A stretch of 63,366 nucleotides of DNA, the filler included, from Atractiella rhizophila (taxonomy: Eukaryota), in assembly GCA_021432655.1 (NCBI GenBank). It is 2 parts of 2 records of this genome, joined end to end, with 100 filler letters (N's around TTAATTAATTAA, not from the genome) between each part and the next. Parts side by side here need not be neighbours in the genome. Positions count along the whole stretch, not along the records: positions 1 to 31,649 come from MU271692.1; 1 more part is not named here. One strand, written 5' to 3'. The position numbers and the translations under genes were made by a program. The notes below the pieces were generated by a model, which saw only the letters and a list, made by a program, of their open reading frames with translations, was not told the origin of the DNA and searched no databases. The number at the start of each line of letters is the position of its first letter. Position 1 is the first letter of the stretch. Positions 1 through 11,688 of the stretch are shown piece after piece.

Positions 1-250
1 GAAGGCTTCTGTTGATTCTGATGGTCGTTTGCTTTGGGCACAAAATTTCGATAAAGCGTGAGTCACATCGCAGATCTGACGTCGTTAATTAAGTTCGCAG
101 CGATTGCTCTGCCTATCTGTCCCGATTAGGTTCCGGCCGACAAATGCGCCCAAACATTAGGTCAACAGCTCAACACAAACACCAACACAACAGCTTCCCA
201 GGGAGTTCTCAACAAAATTAGATAGAGTGTGGGTGTAGAATATCGCTGCC

Positions 251-972
251 ATGAAAGGTATGTCTGTCTATCTTCTTCGCTTAGTGCCACGCTGACTCGA
301 TCACGAAGCGATCCTCCAGCGTGTCCTGTCATCCTCCCTCCTGATTCCTCCTTCTCCTACTCCCTACTCTTCAGCTGGCCCCGGCCTCGTCGTACTAGCC
401 GGAATCTCTCCAACAGACACAGCAGAAGATGCGGAGAAGCTCGCCTCCAAGATTCTCGCGCTGCGCCTATGGGATTCAGCAGAAGGACAACGGTGGAAGA
501 AGAGCGTGACGGATATCCAGGGGGACGTGATGCTCGTCAGTCAATTTACATTATTTGCAAAAACACACAGAGGATCCAAGGTACGCTGTTCTCGATTTTA
601 TGGATCTTGAAGCTATGAGAGGTTGAAGAATTCGCGTGATGGATGAAATGGAAGGAGTAGCCCGACTTCCATGGTGCCCTTGGCCCCGATAAGGCGAAGC
701 CGCTCTTCGATCTGCTAGTCAGCAAGGTGCGAGAGAAATACGTGTCGGTGCGTCCATTTGCCGCTTTCGATCGCTTACGGTTCATCATTTGATTTTGTTG
801 CGGCGCGGGACAGGAGCGCGTGAAAGAAGGCGTGTTCGGAGCGATGATGCAGGTCGCTTTGGTCAATGACGGCCCTGTGACTGTAGAGGTAGATACGGAG
901 ATCGGGAGGAAGGGGAATCGGAAGGAGGGAGAAGTCGATGGTGAAAAGGTGATAGAGAAAGATGATCAATGA
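251..972 (+). CDS. DTD1: D-aminoacyl-tRNA deacylase (spliced, 4 exons)
   Basis: Spliced reading MK..ILQRV..GLVVLAGIS..DAEKLASKILALRLW..VSQFTL..PDFH..GVFGAMMQVALVNDGPVT contains the SQFTL and NDGPVT motifs. GT-AG introns; stop TGA 970-972. Confidence 0.93.
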
Positions 973-1581
973 AACCTTTTCTGCGGAAAAGAGAGACTCG
1001 ATCGGGGTTCCTTACTTCAACTCTCCATCCTCCAGAAGTCGACAGCGAAGGCTCAGTCCTCTCCATCAATTCTCCATTCCAACCCATTCGTTTCAGATAC
1101 TTCTCATCCGTCTTTACCAAATGAGAAACTTGAGTTATGGCTTAACGCCAGAAGAAGAAACACCAATGCATCGCAAAAAGAGGTAGTGTTGGCGTCAGTG
1201 GGCCAGTAGACTTGGAATCGGGTTCTCCAAGAATGAGAAAGGGCACGACTCGCGCTCACAAAATTGTCGCACTCAACGTTTTAAAAGGCGGAGTTGCAAT
1301 CATTTATACAGCTATTAGTACAGATGGAGTAATGTAATGTATATCGAAAGAGAGAGCCAGAAAGTGTGAGTGAAATCTTTTGTCAGTCGAATAGAAGCGT
1401 TCTGAATGTCATTGCTTCTTGTGAGTCATGGTTGGGCGAAATGAGAGACAGATCCGCGTTGTTCGCTCTGTTCATGAATTGAATCCGTTTACGGATAATT
1501 CCTCTATCCAGACTTCCTTGCAATATCAGCTTGCGAGGGCGACCACCTCATCCATCGACACTACTTTCAGAGTAGATAAGG

Positions 1582-4235
1582 ATGGAGAGCATCTTCAACC
1601 TCTACGGGAAGCGAGCTTATGCCAATATAGAGGACGGCGAGGTTCGGGAAAGCAGTGAGGGGGAAAGGGATCAGAAACGGAGTTGGGGGACGCAACATGT
1701 ACAGGGACAAGGAGGAGGGAGTGGCAGTGGCAGTGGCAGTGGGAATGGGCATAGGAGAAGGAGTAGGCGGGGAAATGGCAGCGGTGGCAATGGGAGAGGT
1801 GTGTGATTCCTTCTGGAAGGCAGAGTTGTTACCCAAGTGGTCGTTGTGTTTGACCTTTTCCCTCTGATTGTACAGTACTTTTCTCACCCTCTTCAGGGGT
1901 GAGAATGTTTCATTCTGTTTTCTAACTCTTTTGCATCTAAGAAATTCTCTCTATGTTCCTCAGAATCCGTGCAGGCTTGTTTTATTTTACATTCCTGATA
2001 TTATTCTTAGCATATGCCGTGGCTACGTGACTCTGCAAAGGATCAATGAACCTGAAAGTGCCTTGACTTGCTTCCACAATGAGGCTGTGTGCCCGTCGCG
2101 ATCTGAGCTCATTTGTCTTTTCATTTCTGATGAGCTTCTATGCACAGTGGCTGAAGCGGAGGTGGATGACCATCTTAGCATAGAACATTGACTCTCCTCA
2201 TCGCTGTAGAACGCTTCAACATGGTACTCACGGTGCGCTCTAGGGAATCAACCTTCTCCATTTGAGGGCCCAAACGCGAGATTGCTGGGTCCTCATGTTA
2301 GCGATACGGAGTCCAAAAGAGGTCTCCAAGAGCAACTAAACACATACAGCAGAATGTATGCCGACGAAAAGAGGCTTCGTGAGCAATCGGAAGCCGAGTG
2401 CCAGAGGTTGCGAGGGGAGATGAGCGAGCTCGCAACGCGAGTGGACAATATGAAAGCTCAGCTGAAAGGTATGGTTTGGCACCTTTGTGCGTGGTTCGGT
2501 AAGCTCAATCCAGTGTGGTTGGGGCGATAGAACAAGATCCGACACAGTATCAACATACCATCGATCGGATGGGACAGGAGCTGCATCAGACGAGGAGCGA
2601 ATTAGATACGATCCGAACCAATTATTCGAACCTCCAAAACTCCTACTTCGAGATCGATCGGATGCACATCGATTCCCGGACCCAAGTCCACCGTTTGCTC
2701 GTAGCGCAAGAGAATGTTGACGCTCTCAAGGACCAATGGCAGCGCAAGGAGGATCTGTTGCGCCGGGAGATCCGAGAGGTCCGTGGCGAGTCCGCAGACT
2801 TGAGGAGGGACCTCGCAAGAGAACGTTCGGTCCCTGTGCGAGCGTTGGATGACGTGAAAAGGTTGAGAGAGGATTTGGAGAGGGAGAAGAGATTGAGACG
2901 TCTGGCAGATGAGAAGATTGCGGAGCTGACGTTGAATGCGACGAAGAGGACGACGAATATTGGAAGTCAAACTGCAATTTCGTTGCAGGTAGCCGCTAAG
3001 GAGCGGGAACTTGGTGTGTTGCCGTTTATCTTTGCCTCAAACAGCAGATGATAATGGGAGGCATAGAGACGAAGTTTACGAAGGAGAAGGAAGATCTAAT
3101 CTCTCAACATCAGCAGGAAATCCGCGAATTCGAGCGGACCAAGGTCGATTTGGAGAGAGCAGCTGCAGATGCTCGCAAGGCCGTTGATGACCATGCAGCG
3201 GACGCGACAATGTGGGAAAACAAATATACAAAGCTCCTTGACAAGAGTCGGAAGCTCAAGGAGAAACATGACGCGACCGTTCAACTGGCGAAGGAGTATA
3301 AGGAGCTAGTCGATAGCACAGTCCCTCCTACGAAAGGTGGCAAGGGGAAGAAGAAGGCAGATGGTACGGGATCGAAGAGTCTTCCTTCGGCTAAGAGGAT
3401 CCAGAAGGAATCTGCGCCGCGACCCGCCGTCATCGATGCTCCAGCCTCTGCTGTCGCTGTCACGCCAAACACGACCACAGGTTTGCCCGTGCAGCAACCA
3501 GGGATGTATCCTATACCACAGCCCTCGACTTCGATGCAAGCCTCTTCCTCCACTGCGCAGCCGGCGCTCCAAGCCAATTCTCAACCCCATCGTCCGCCTG
3601 CTCCTGTACCTCCTCATCAAACAGCAGCTGTCCCACCTGCCCCTGGATCCACTAGCCAATCCCCTGCTGTTCCACCGGCACGTCCCCTTAAGACGGCACC
3701 TCCGTCCCAAACAACAAGAGCGGCGAATCCTGCAGCACCTTCTGCTCCACCATCCATGCACGAGAACCCGCTCAGCATCTTCAAAAGAAAGTCCAATCCT
3801 ATGCACTCTCCGGTATCTTCACAAGCTGCCTTAACCCCTGCTTCTCGAAAGCCCGCTGCCGCTCCCCCAACCGCAGCGAAGGTACTACGGCCGCCTCCTC
3901 CCATTTCAAGAGGACTCTCTTTTGCCCGATCCGCCGCACCGATGGAGCCGGACCCGGAGGAAATGAGGAGACGCAAACTCTTCTTGGATGAAGAGGATGA
4001 GAAACCAATCGTTGAGGAAGAGAGTCCGCGTAGGAGGAAGCCAACGCCAATCGATTTGGACCCGGACGACGGTGAGGCGAGACCTGATGCGGCCATGGTG
4101 TCTAGCGCAGTGAAACTGAAGTTTGAGCAGGATGATGGCATGGAGGTGGATGAGTTACAAAGGGATGATGCGGACGTCGATGACGAAGAGCAAATGTGGA
4201 ATCAAATGAAAGCAGAGATTATGGGTTCAAGGTGA
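1582..4235 (+). CDS. Hypothetical coiled-coil protein with Pro/Ala-rich C-terminal region (multi-exon)
   Basis: Successive + ORFs 1582, 2282, 2515 and 3048-4235 are linked by plausible GT-AG introns. Heptad-rich E/K/R segments. Exon 1 and the ~410-nt first intron are inferred. Confidence 0.6.
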
Positions 4236-4592
4236 TATAGTTCCAGTTCCTCGTTTCTTACCCCCAAGCAACATCTACCTTTCGACATGTGTGTTGTAGC
4301 CAGTACGCTACGATTGCAGCATTTATGTTTTAAACCATGTAGTACTAGCGAGCATCCCTCTGTTTTGAGACTGCACTGTCAAGGATGAGATCGATGAGAC
4401 TTGAATACTACATTGTAAGATGCTAGTGAGATGCAGAAACGACAGAGACTCATACCGCAAGCTGTCAGAACTACACACTCGACTTCTCGACAGCCAACAA
4501 AACAAAAATAAGGAACAAGAACGACGAAAAAGACCGCTTTTTCCGAAACCAGAGTCCCCAAGACTAGACAGTTCACTGCTCACCAAAACAGT

Positions 4593-6069
4593 TTACTTTC
4601 CTTCTCCCTCTCCGCTTCTGCTTCCTGATCGCAATCTTAAGCCATCAACACCACTTCTAATCCTCTCGTCTTCTTCTTCTTCCTCCCTTCCTAAAACTTC
4701 ATCTAGTGTCCTTCTCTTTCCTGCTGCCAGCAGCCTATCTATTTCCTCGGATGTAGCTCCTCCGAGAGAAAGCGACTCGCCCATCACGAGTAGTGTCGGA
4801 GATGAGGATGTTGAAGAGGGGGATGGCGTGAGGGAGAATTCGATTCCGGGGAGGAAGACTTCGAATTTCTGGAGGAAGGGAAGGTCGTCCTTGAATAATT
4901 GGAAGGCGCGGAGGACAGCACTGCCAGTCGAGATTCTGTAGAGAAGAAGAAACTTTGTGAGCAGTCCAGCCGTCTAAAGTAAGGACGAGTGTCGATGAGG
5001 GTGCATAAAAGTTACCATCTCAGGAATGAGAGGAAGTGTTGAAGAATCTTGTATCATTTATCCAATCGAATATCAACAGGATTCTGCCGATGAATCAAGG
5101 ACAACTCGGTTTGGTTCATATGTCATCAACTTGGTTGATGCACGGTTGTCACTTACTGCCCCGAAAGTTTGTAAGGCACGCTGAAGCATGAAGGGCCCGG
5201 TCACTTCCTCATTAAAGGATGGAGCATGAAGCTCCGAGAAGGAGACAAATGTGAAATATGAATACAGATGGAACGAGCTTCTTTTCCTTCTTCCCCTCGG
5301 TCAATCTGTTGAAGCTAATCTTAAAACTCTCAGAAACAGGATATTAATTACCCTTCCAAACTCTGCTTCCCTTCCAACATCGTGACAACCACATCTAAGG
5401 AAGAAACGAATCGCTGCGCTGTAGCGAGCTGGAAGAAAAATTGTAGAGATTCTGGTGGAATAGAAGCTTTGTTGTCGTTGCCCATCCAATGCAGACATTT
5501 GTGCGTTTACTTCCGATATGTCACATCGGCACGGGCCAGTAGCATTTCCTTGTCTCCATGTGAGGCTTCAACCTACAAGTGAGGGTGTGAATGCTACAGA
5601 GGAATAAAAAGCAGGATGTCGCACCATCTCATCAAACCGTCACATATTTCTTTAAGCAAGAAACGGTGATACGGAAGAGTAAGAAGTAAATCAGCCTCCA
5701 TGTGCCTGTGCTGTCTAAATGCACGAAGAGCTTTACAATAATCTTTGTGAGCTTTACAGTACAGCTCTTAAATCGGGTGGAAATCAAGGACTTCCATTCT
5801 CCCTCAGACAACAGACCAGAATACCAAACTCACTTCCGCGCCTTGACCTCTCCCAACAATTCCGTCGTCTCGAAATAAACATCGCTTTCCACGCCATACA
5901 CTTCCCTGACCTCCTCCAGCAAATGCATAGCGTCCAATATTGGTGATCCATTCGTATGCGAACCCTCAGTCATAGCCTTGTGGAAGGAGGACCTCGCGCT
6001 GGGCGAACGGATTGCTGGATCGAGAATTGGTGTCGGCGCGCTGTTGGGGGGAAGAGAAGTGGTGGCCAT
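4593..6069 (-). CDS. Small multi-exon protein with Sin3 PAH-like segments
   Basis: Exon 1 ends DAMHLLEEVREVYGVESDVYFETTELLGEVKARK|gtgagt (like PAH helices 1-2). The last exon begins ISTGSAVLRAFQLFKDDLPFLQKFEVFLPG (like PAH helices 3-4). Internal exons are unresolved. Confidence 0.45.
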
Positions 6070-6345
6070 GTTGTTTCTGGCAAAAGCGTCTGTTGAGACG
6101 AGAGTGTTAACGTGATGAAGGGCTGTTTGTCGAGGTTTCAACTGTTTACCTGCACTCTGGCGGGCGGAAGGGGAGCCGAGGGAGATTCCCTCCGACAACA
6201 AATACACACAAGACAAGAATAAGTATTATTATGTACTGGATCAACGAGCTCTCCCTCTGTAAGTCGATCCTTACAGTTTAGCTATTGTGGTATTTGTTTC
6301 CAGTGGTGCCCCTATCACCGTGCTCCTTTAGTGAAAGTTTAATTA

Positions 6346-7273
6346 TCATGGTCGTACAAATTTCGGCGCTTCTTCCCCCCCAGTCATAATCTTTACTACC
6401 CAGCCGACTTCCACATACGCACGAGCGTGCTTGTCGTATTCTCGAGGCATCTCATTCAATAACCCATAAATTATTCCGCCTGCCCACCAAGGAGACACAC
6501 CTAGTGGGTCCTTTGGACGAGAACCTGCCCACCGAGTTGATTCAAAATGACCCGCTCCAAACCGCCACATCAGCTTGTTTTGGTCCGGAACGGGGTTTGT
6601 CTCTCCAAAGAAGCGATATTTTTCTGAGGATTCTTCGGCTAACAAAGTGTGTAAGGCATCTACCTCTTGAGTGGTAAAAAATTCTGGAAAGGCAGCCGCC
6701 AGAACAACCTGCCGAACTCTTCGAGATCCCAGGATGGGCAATCCGTCACGTCGCTGCCAAACGATGCCTATTGAACAATTGAGCATCAAATAGTTGCAGG
6801 GGTCGGCTCACTTTTCGTCTCTTTCCGCCCAGAAATGGCATCTGCTTTTTTCCCAGTTCATTGCTCCGGTTGGCGAAATCAGTAGAGGAACATGCGATTG
6901 GTACCCTTACGCATCGTAATCGAGAGCTTCTACTTCTGTAAGCTTGATCCCTAGGGAACGATTTTAAGCCACATTTGGATTTAGCTGTCTGCATCGTATG
7001 GATTCTGGCTATGGTTCAGATGGCGTTTCCACGTTGCATCCCTTCCTAAAATATACCCTTCAATGCAGAATGTAGAAGGATAAGAGAGAGGACCTCTAGA
7101 TCCCTTTGTGTAACGAGGAGCTTGTCACTTGTGCACTATTTACAGAACCTCTTTTGGCACCTTTCGCCATTCCATTCAAACACTCGAGATCCTTTGTGTA
7201 ATAAGGATTTTGTTCTTTGTTGCTGTCTTGACCAAGGCCATTTATAATTTTCAAACATTCCTCTGTTGCTCAT
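6346..7273 (-). CDS. Hypothetical protein
   Basis: 147-aa terminal ORF with protein-like composition plus upstream ORF segments. No family recognised. Confidence 0.4.
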
Positions 7274-8286
7274 TGTGAATCGAGTGCTTATGGCCGAAGT
7301 GCAGGCAAGTTGGAACATTTTACAATATCTCAGATGAACGAAATAATTTGAAGGTATCGTTGAAGCTTAAGCTAGAGAGAATGTTTTTCTAGCTTATTTT
7401 AAGCTTGTTTCTCTCAGTGCAGGGTGAATCGATTTATAGCAAGCTCGCATCGTGGAGTGTCCATCGTAAACTGTGGAACGATAGCATGTCAACAGCGCAG
7501 TAACGTCGTGGGGACAGCTGGACTACACAACCCACTTTCCCTTCGTCTGCATTAGTGTATCATTTTGCCAGCTTTTGACAAATTAACAAATGCGCGGCAC
7601 CACACCCTTTCGCTCAGCGCTGTGGTGACTGACGGGGATTTGAGTGTCAGAATTTCAACTCGAGAAAAGTTTGAGGCTAAGTGCTCTGAAAAAATGGGCA
7701 TCGAAAATTGAACATGATAGTCTTGAAACGTGAATGGCTTCAAATAAACAGCCCGGGCCACCATTTTATCCTTTACAAAGCACTAAATAAAGGACGGCTG
7801 GGGTAGAGAAGTGGTCAGGGAACATTGTGTAAAATGTGTAATGAGAAGAGAGGTAAGTTGTATTTAGACCAGATCTTGTGAAGCAATGTCTATGAAGGGA
7901 CGGATGATAAGTAATGAACCGGAACACCACTGTAAGTACGTTCTCATTTCTTGACAGCAAATGATGTTGCAGTGAGGTCTTTAAACTCAATCTTGCGAAA
8001 TGTAATCTTCGACTGGGAGCACGGCTGCTGTGAATAGTATAGAATAACAACTTGAAATACCAACTTTGTGTACCTTAAGTAACAAGAACCTCTTCCTCCC
8101 GTGCATCGTGTGTGCGCGTCTCATCCCAGCTCTCCTCCATGTTGGAAGGTCAAGGACGGTTCACTCTTCCTCGTATTTCTTGTTTGATGTGGTGGTATTG
8201 GATGAGTCATGCAGACTCTCGAACTTTTTTCCATGATTCGTGTCTACGCCAACTATATAACTGGTCGCGCACCACGATTACAAGCT

Positions 8287-8477
8287 CAAAGAATGGCGTC
8301 TACGCTTGCAAGTTACCCACACATACGATCTGGGTTGGAGAGAAAGCTGGTGCAGAAGGGGGAGATTGTGTGAGCTTCCTGACAAAGAATGGCGTCTACG
8401 CTTGCAAGTTACCCACACATACGATCTGGGTTGGAGAGAAAGCTGGTGCAGAAGGGGGAGATTGTGTGAGCTTCCTG
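8287..8477 (+). repeat. Exact 95-bp tandem duplication covering MetRS exon 1 and its donor site
   Basis: 8287-8381 equals 8383-8477, separated by a single A at 8382. Confidence 0.95.
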
Positions 8478-10760
8478 TGCTCGTTGGATTGCGTTTTCGT
8501 TGGTGCTGACGGTACCATAGATTACCTGAACCTGGGAAGAAGAACACGCTCATCACTTCCGCTATACCCTATGTAAACAATGTCCCTCATCTGGGCAACA
8601 TCATTGGCTCCGTTTTGAGCGTGAGTGTGGCAATACAATGCGTTCAAAGAAAGCTAACTGATGGCGACAGGCTGACATCTATGCCCGTTTTTCTCGTACC
8701 CTTAATAGACCTACCCTCTACATTTGTGGAACAGACGAATACGGAACTGCAACAGAAGTCAGAGCGATACAAGATAATGTCACACCTTTAGAGTTGTGCA
8801 ACAAATATCATGCACTCCATCGACAAATCTACGAATGGTTCGAACTATCTTTTGACCATTTCGGACGGACAACGACGGAGGAGCACACTATGTTTGTCTT
8901 CTTTTCTCTCTCTCTGTTGCTCCTTAAACGGACGGGGTTGATGTTCGCCTTTGGACAGGGTGAATCAGAACGCTATCAAAAAGCTTTACGAAAACAACTA
9001 CCTCTATCCCCTCAAACAAGAACAACTGTACTGTCCCAGCTGCTCTCGCTTTCTAGCTGATCGATACGTCACGGGTACCTGTCCGAATACTGCCTGTAAC
9101 TACGAAGATGCGCGAGGCGATCAATGCGACAAGTGCGGACGGACACATTCTCCCCTTGAGCTGATCAAGCCAAAATGTACCATCTGCGGCTCTCAGCCTG
9201 AGACTCGAGAAACTGAGAACCTTTACTTGAAGTTGGGAGAGCTTAGCGGAAGGGTAGCAGACCACGCGAGGGAGATGGCTGGTGTGAAGTTGGAGGATGA
9301 GGGTGGAGTGGAGGGGGAAGAGGAGAAAGAAGTGGAAGGAGAGGAGAAGGAGGCTGTGGTTGGAGAGGAGGGAAAAGGAGTTTGGAGCATTCAAGCGAAG
9401 AGGATCACGAAGAGTTGGCTCAAGATGGGCTTGCTCGATATGTGCGTGACGAGGGATCTAAAGTGGGGAGTGCCCGTGCCTATGGAACAATGGAAAGACA
9501 AGGTGGCGTATGTCTGGTTTGGTGCGTTGATTGGTCGCTCTCCTTCCTCGTAGTTACATGCTGAATAAAAATGGTCATCAGATGCTCCATTTGGATATCC
9601 AAGCATTACGGCAAGCTATACGAAGGAGTGGGAAAAGTGGTGGAGGAATCCAGACGAGGTTCGCCTCGTGCAGTTCATGGGCAAAGATAACGGTTTGTGC
9701 CGAGGGGTACACGCTTGTGTTTGGTATCTAACTTTGTCGGCACAGTTCGATTTCACACTGTTCTGTGGCCTGCTGCCCTCTTCGGGACGGGAGAGAAATG
9801 GACTATGCTCGACTCCATCTCCGTAACGGATTACTTAAACTAGTTCGTCTTTTCTCATTCAAAAATGCCGCAATATTTATTTCTTCGTGTGAATACAGTG
9901 AGGGAACCAAATTCTCAAAGTCTCGAAATGTTGGCGTTTTCGGAGATGCCGTCGCGAAGACTGGCCTACCATCATCCGTCTGGCGTTACACTCTCATTTC
10001 TAACCGCCCCGAGTCCGGTGACTCCCAATTCTCGTGGTCAGACATGGTCCTCAAGTCGAACGGAGAGCTGTTGAACAACATAGGCAATCTTGTAAATCGA
10101 GTGATGAAGTTCGCCAACTCCAAATTCGACTCCGTCATAGGTCCTACCGAGGATGATCTGGAGAAGGGAGTAGAGGCGTTGACAAACGAGATGGACAAGG
10201 AGCTTGTGAGGGATGTGGAGAAGTTGCTTGGAGAATATCAGCGATATATGGAGGCATTCAAATTTCGGCAAGGTCTCAAGATGTTCCTTGAGATCTCCGG
10301 ACGCGCAAATCAATATCTGCAGGACAACAAGTTGGACAACAATCTCTTTGCCAATCAGCCAAAACGGTGTTCTCAAGTCCTTCTCCTCGTTTTCAACGTC
10401 ATCTACCATCTCTCAGCTGTTCTCAATCCCTTCATGCCTTCGACTGAAGCTTCCATCCTTCGTCAGCTCAATGCTCCTCCTCGTATCCTTTCTGACAAAT
10501 TTACAATCGACATTTTGCCTGGACACAAACTCAATAAGGCCGAATATCTATTCAAGAAGATAGAGGAGAAGAATATAGAGATCTGGAGGAGCCAGTTTGG
10601 TGGTGGTTCGCAAACGAACCCAGAAGAGGAGGAAAAGAAGAGAAAGAAGGAGGAAAGGAAGCGGAAGAAGGAGGAGAAAAAGGCACTGGCTCCAAAAGAG
10701 GATCAAGTGACTCTGGTCCAGAAGAATGTTAAAGAGAATGAGGTGGAAGTCGTTGCTTGA
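8389..10760 (+). CDS. MES1: Cytosolic methionyl-tRNA synthetase
   Basis: [20 protein letters not shown] (HIGH-type motif), CGTDEYGT, zinc knuckle [41 protein letters not shown]. Confidence 0.97.
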
Positions 10761-11007
10761 TTCCGTTGTGTATTAGCAAGAATTCAATCAGTTTTGTAAT
10801 TCGTCGTTTACCCTTCTCAGATGCACTTTTTAACTCTCCCACCAATGCGAACACTCTAGTGTCTAGGCTCTACGGAGTGTCGCAATCAATGGGCTACGAA
10901 TATTTATTTGATTTTCGAACCTTAGCACGATCCGATCTGCTGCGTCTATACATCAAATCAGATCCAGGTTTGCAACTCTGACATTTATACGCTCTGTTGA
11001 ATAGGGG

Positions 11008-11456
11008 ATGGGGGCATTATGTGGTAAAGAAAGTCATTTCAAAGGTCCGTTCTCCCCATTTGTCTTTAAGTCTTGCGGAGATTCATTGTTTCACAGGAGA
11101 AGGGCAGACGCTCGGCGGTCCACCATCTTCGTCTTCTAAACCTCAGTCTTATGGTGCCACAAGCAACGTGCTCGGTTCTTCTTCTTCCAAGCCACCTGGC
11201 GCCTCTTCAGCTGGGGCACATGCAGATGAGAGAGCAGCTCGAGCAGCTGCAGCTGAAGCTCGGGTGAAAGCAGCTCAGAGCAAGGGCATTCAGGGCACTG
11301 GTGGACAGTTGGCTAAGAAAACAGATAGCCAAGCGCGGGATGGAGGAAGGAAGGAGGAAGCATTGAGGGTTGGCGCAGAAGGGCGGCAGGAAGACCTACG
11401 GGTACGTACTCTCGTCACGAAAGAATGGTCATTGAGGAGTCGCATAGTGGGATTAA
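11008..11456 (+). CDS. SVIP-like small acylated p97/Cdc48-interacting protein
   Basis: Spliced MGALCGKESHFK|GEGQTLGG...ERAARAAAAEARVKAAQSKGI...LR|WD*. N-terminal MGxxC acylation motif and VIM-like RxxxxxAAxxR. Confidence 0.7.
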
Positions 11457-11688
11457 TTCAAATGGCCTCCGTCACCATTGAATTTCATTGTCTTGGGCCC
11501 TTGCTTGAGTCGATATCAGAGTTATCTATCTTGTTGCCGTAATTACATTGTATTTCTATTCTGTTCAAGCGACATGCGTCCCAGGATAGCCACGCCTGCG
11601 CCAACCTTCATGCAGAGCCATTGTATCCTGAAGCATAGGAGAAGCAGAGTGTTGCAATGTCTCGGATCGTGGATTCCTCCCACGCCTT

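Noticed and set aside
1715..1800. GGCAGT repeats
   Set aside because: An ordinary Gly-Ser coding tract in exon 1 of the coiled-coil gene.
7363..7406. Imperfect inverted repeat AAGCTTAAGCTAGAGA..TCTAGCTTATTTTAAGCTT
   Set aside because: Short, single-copy and AT-rich, with no TSD or other evidence of a MITE.
8287..8477. CRISPR-like or prokaryotic repeat
   Set aside because: Two copies of a eukaryotic exon, with no spacers and no cas genes.
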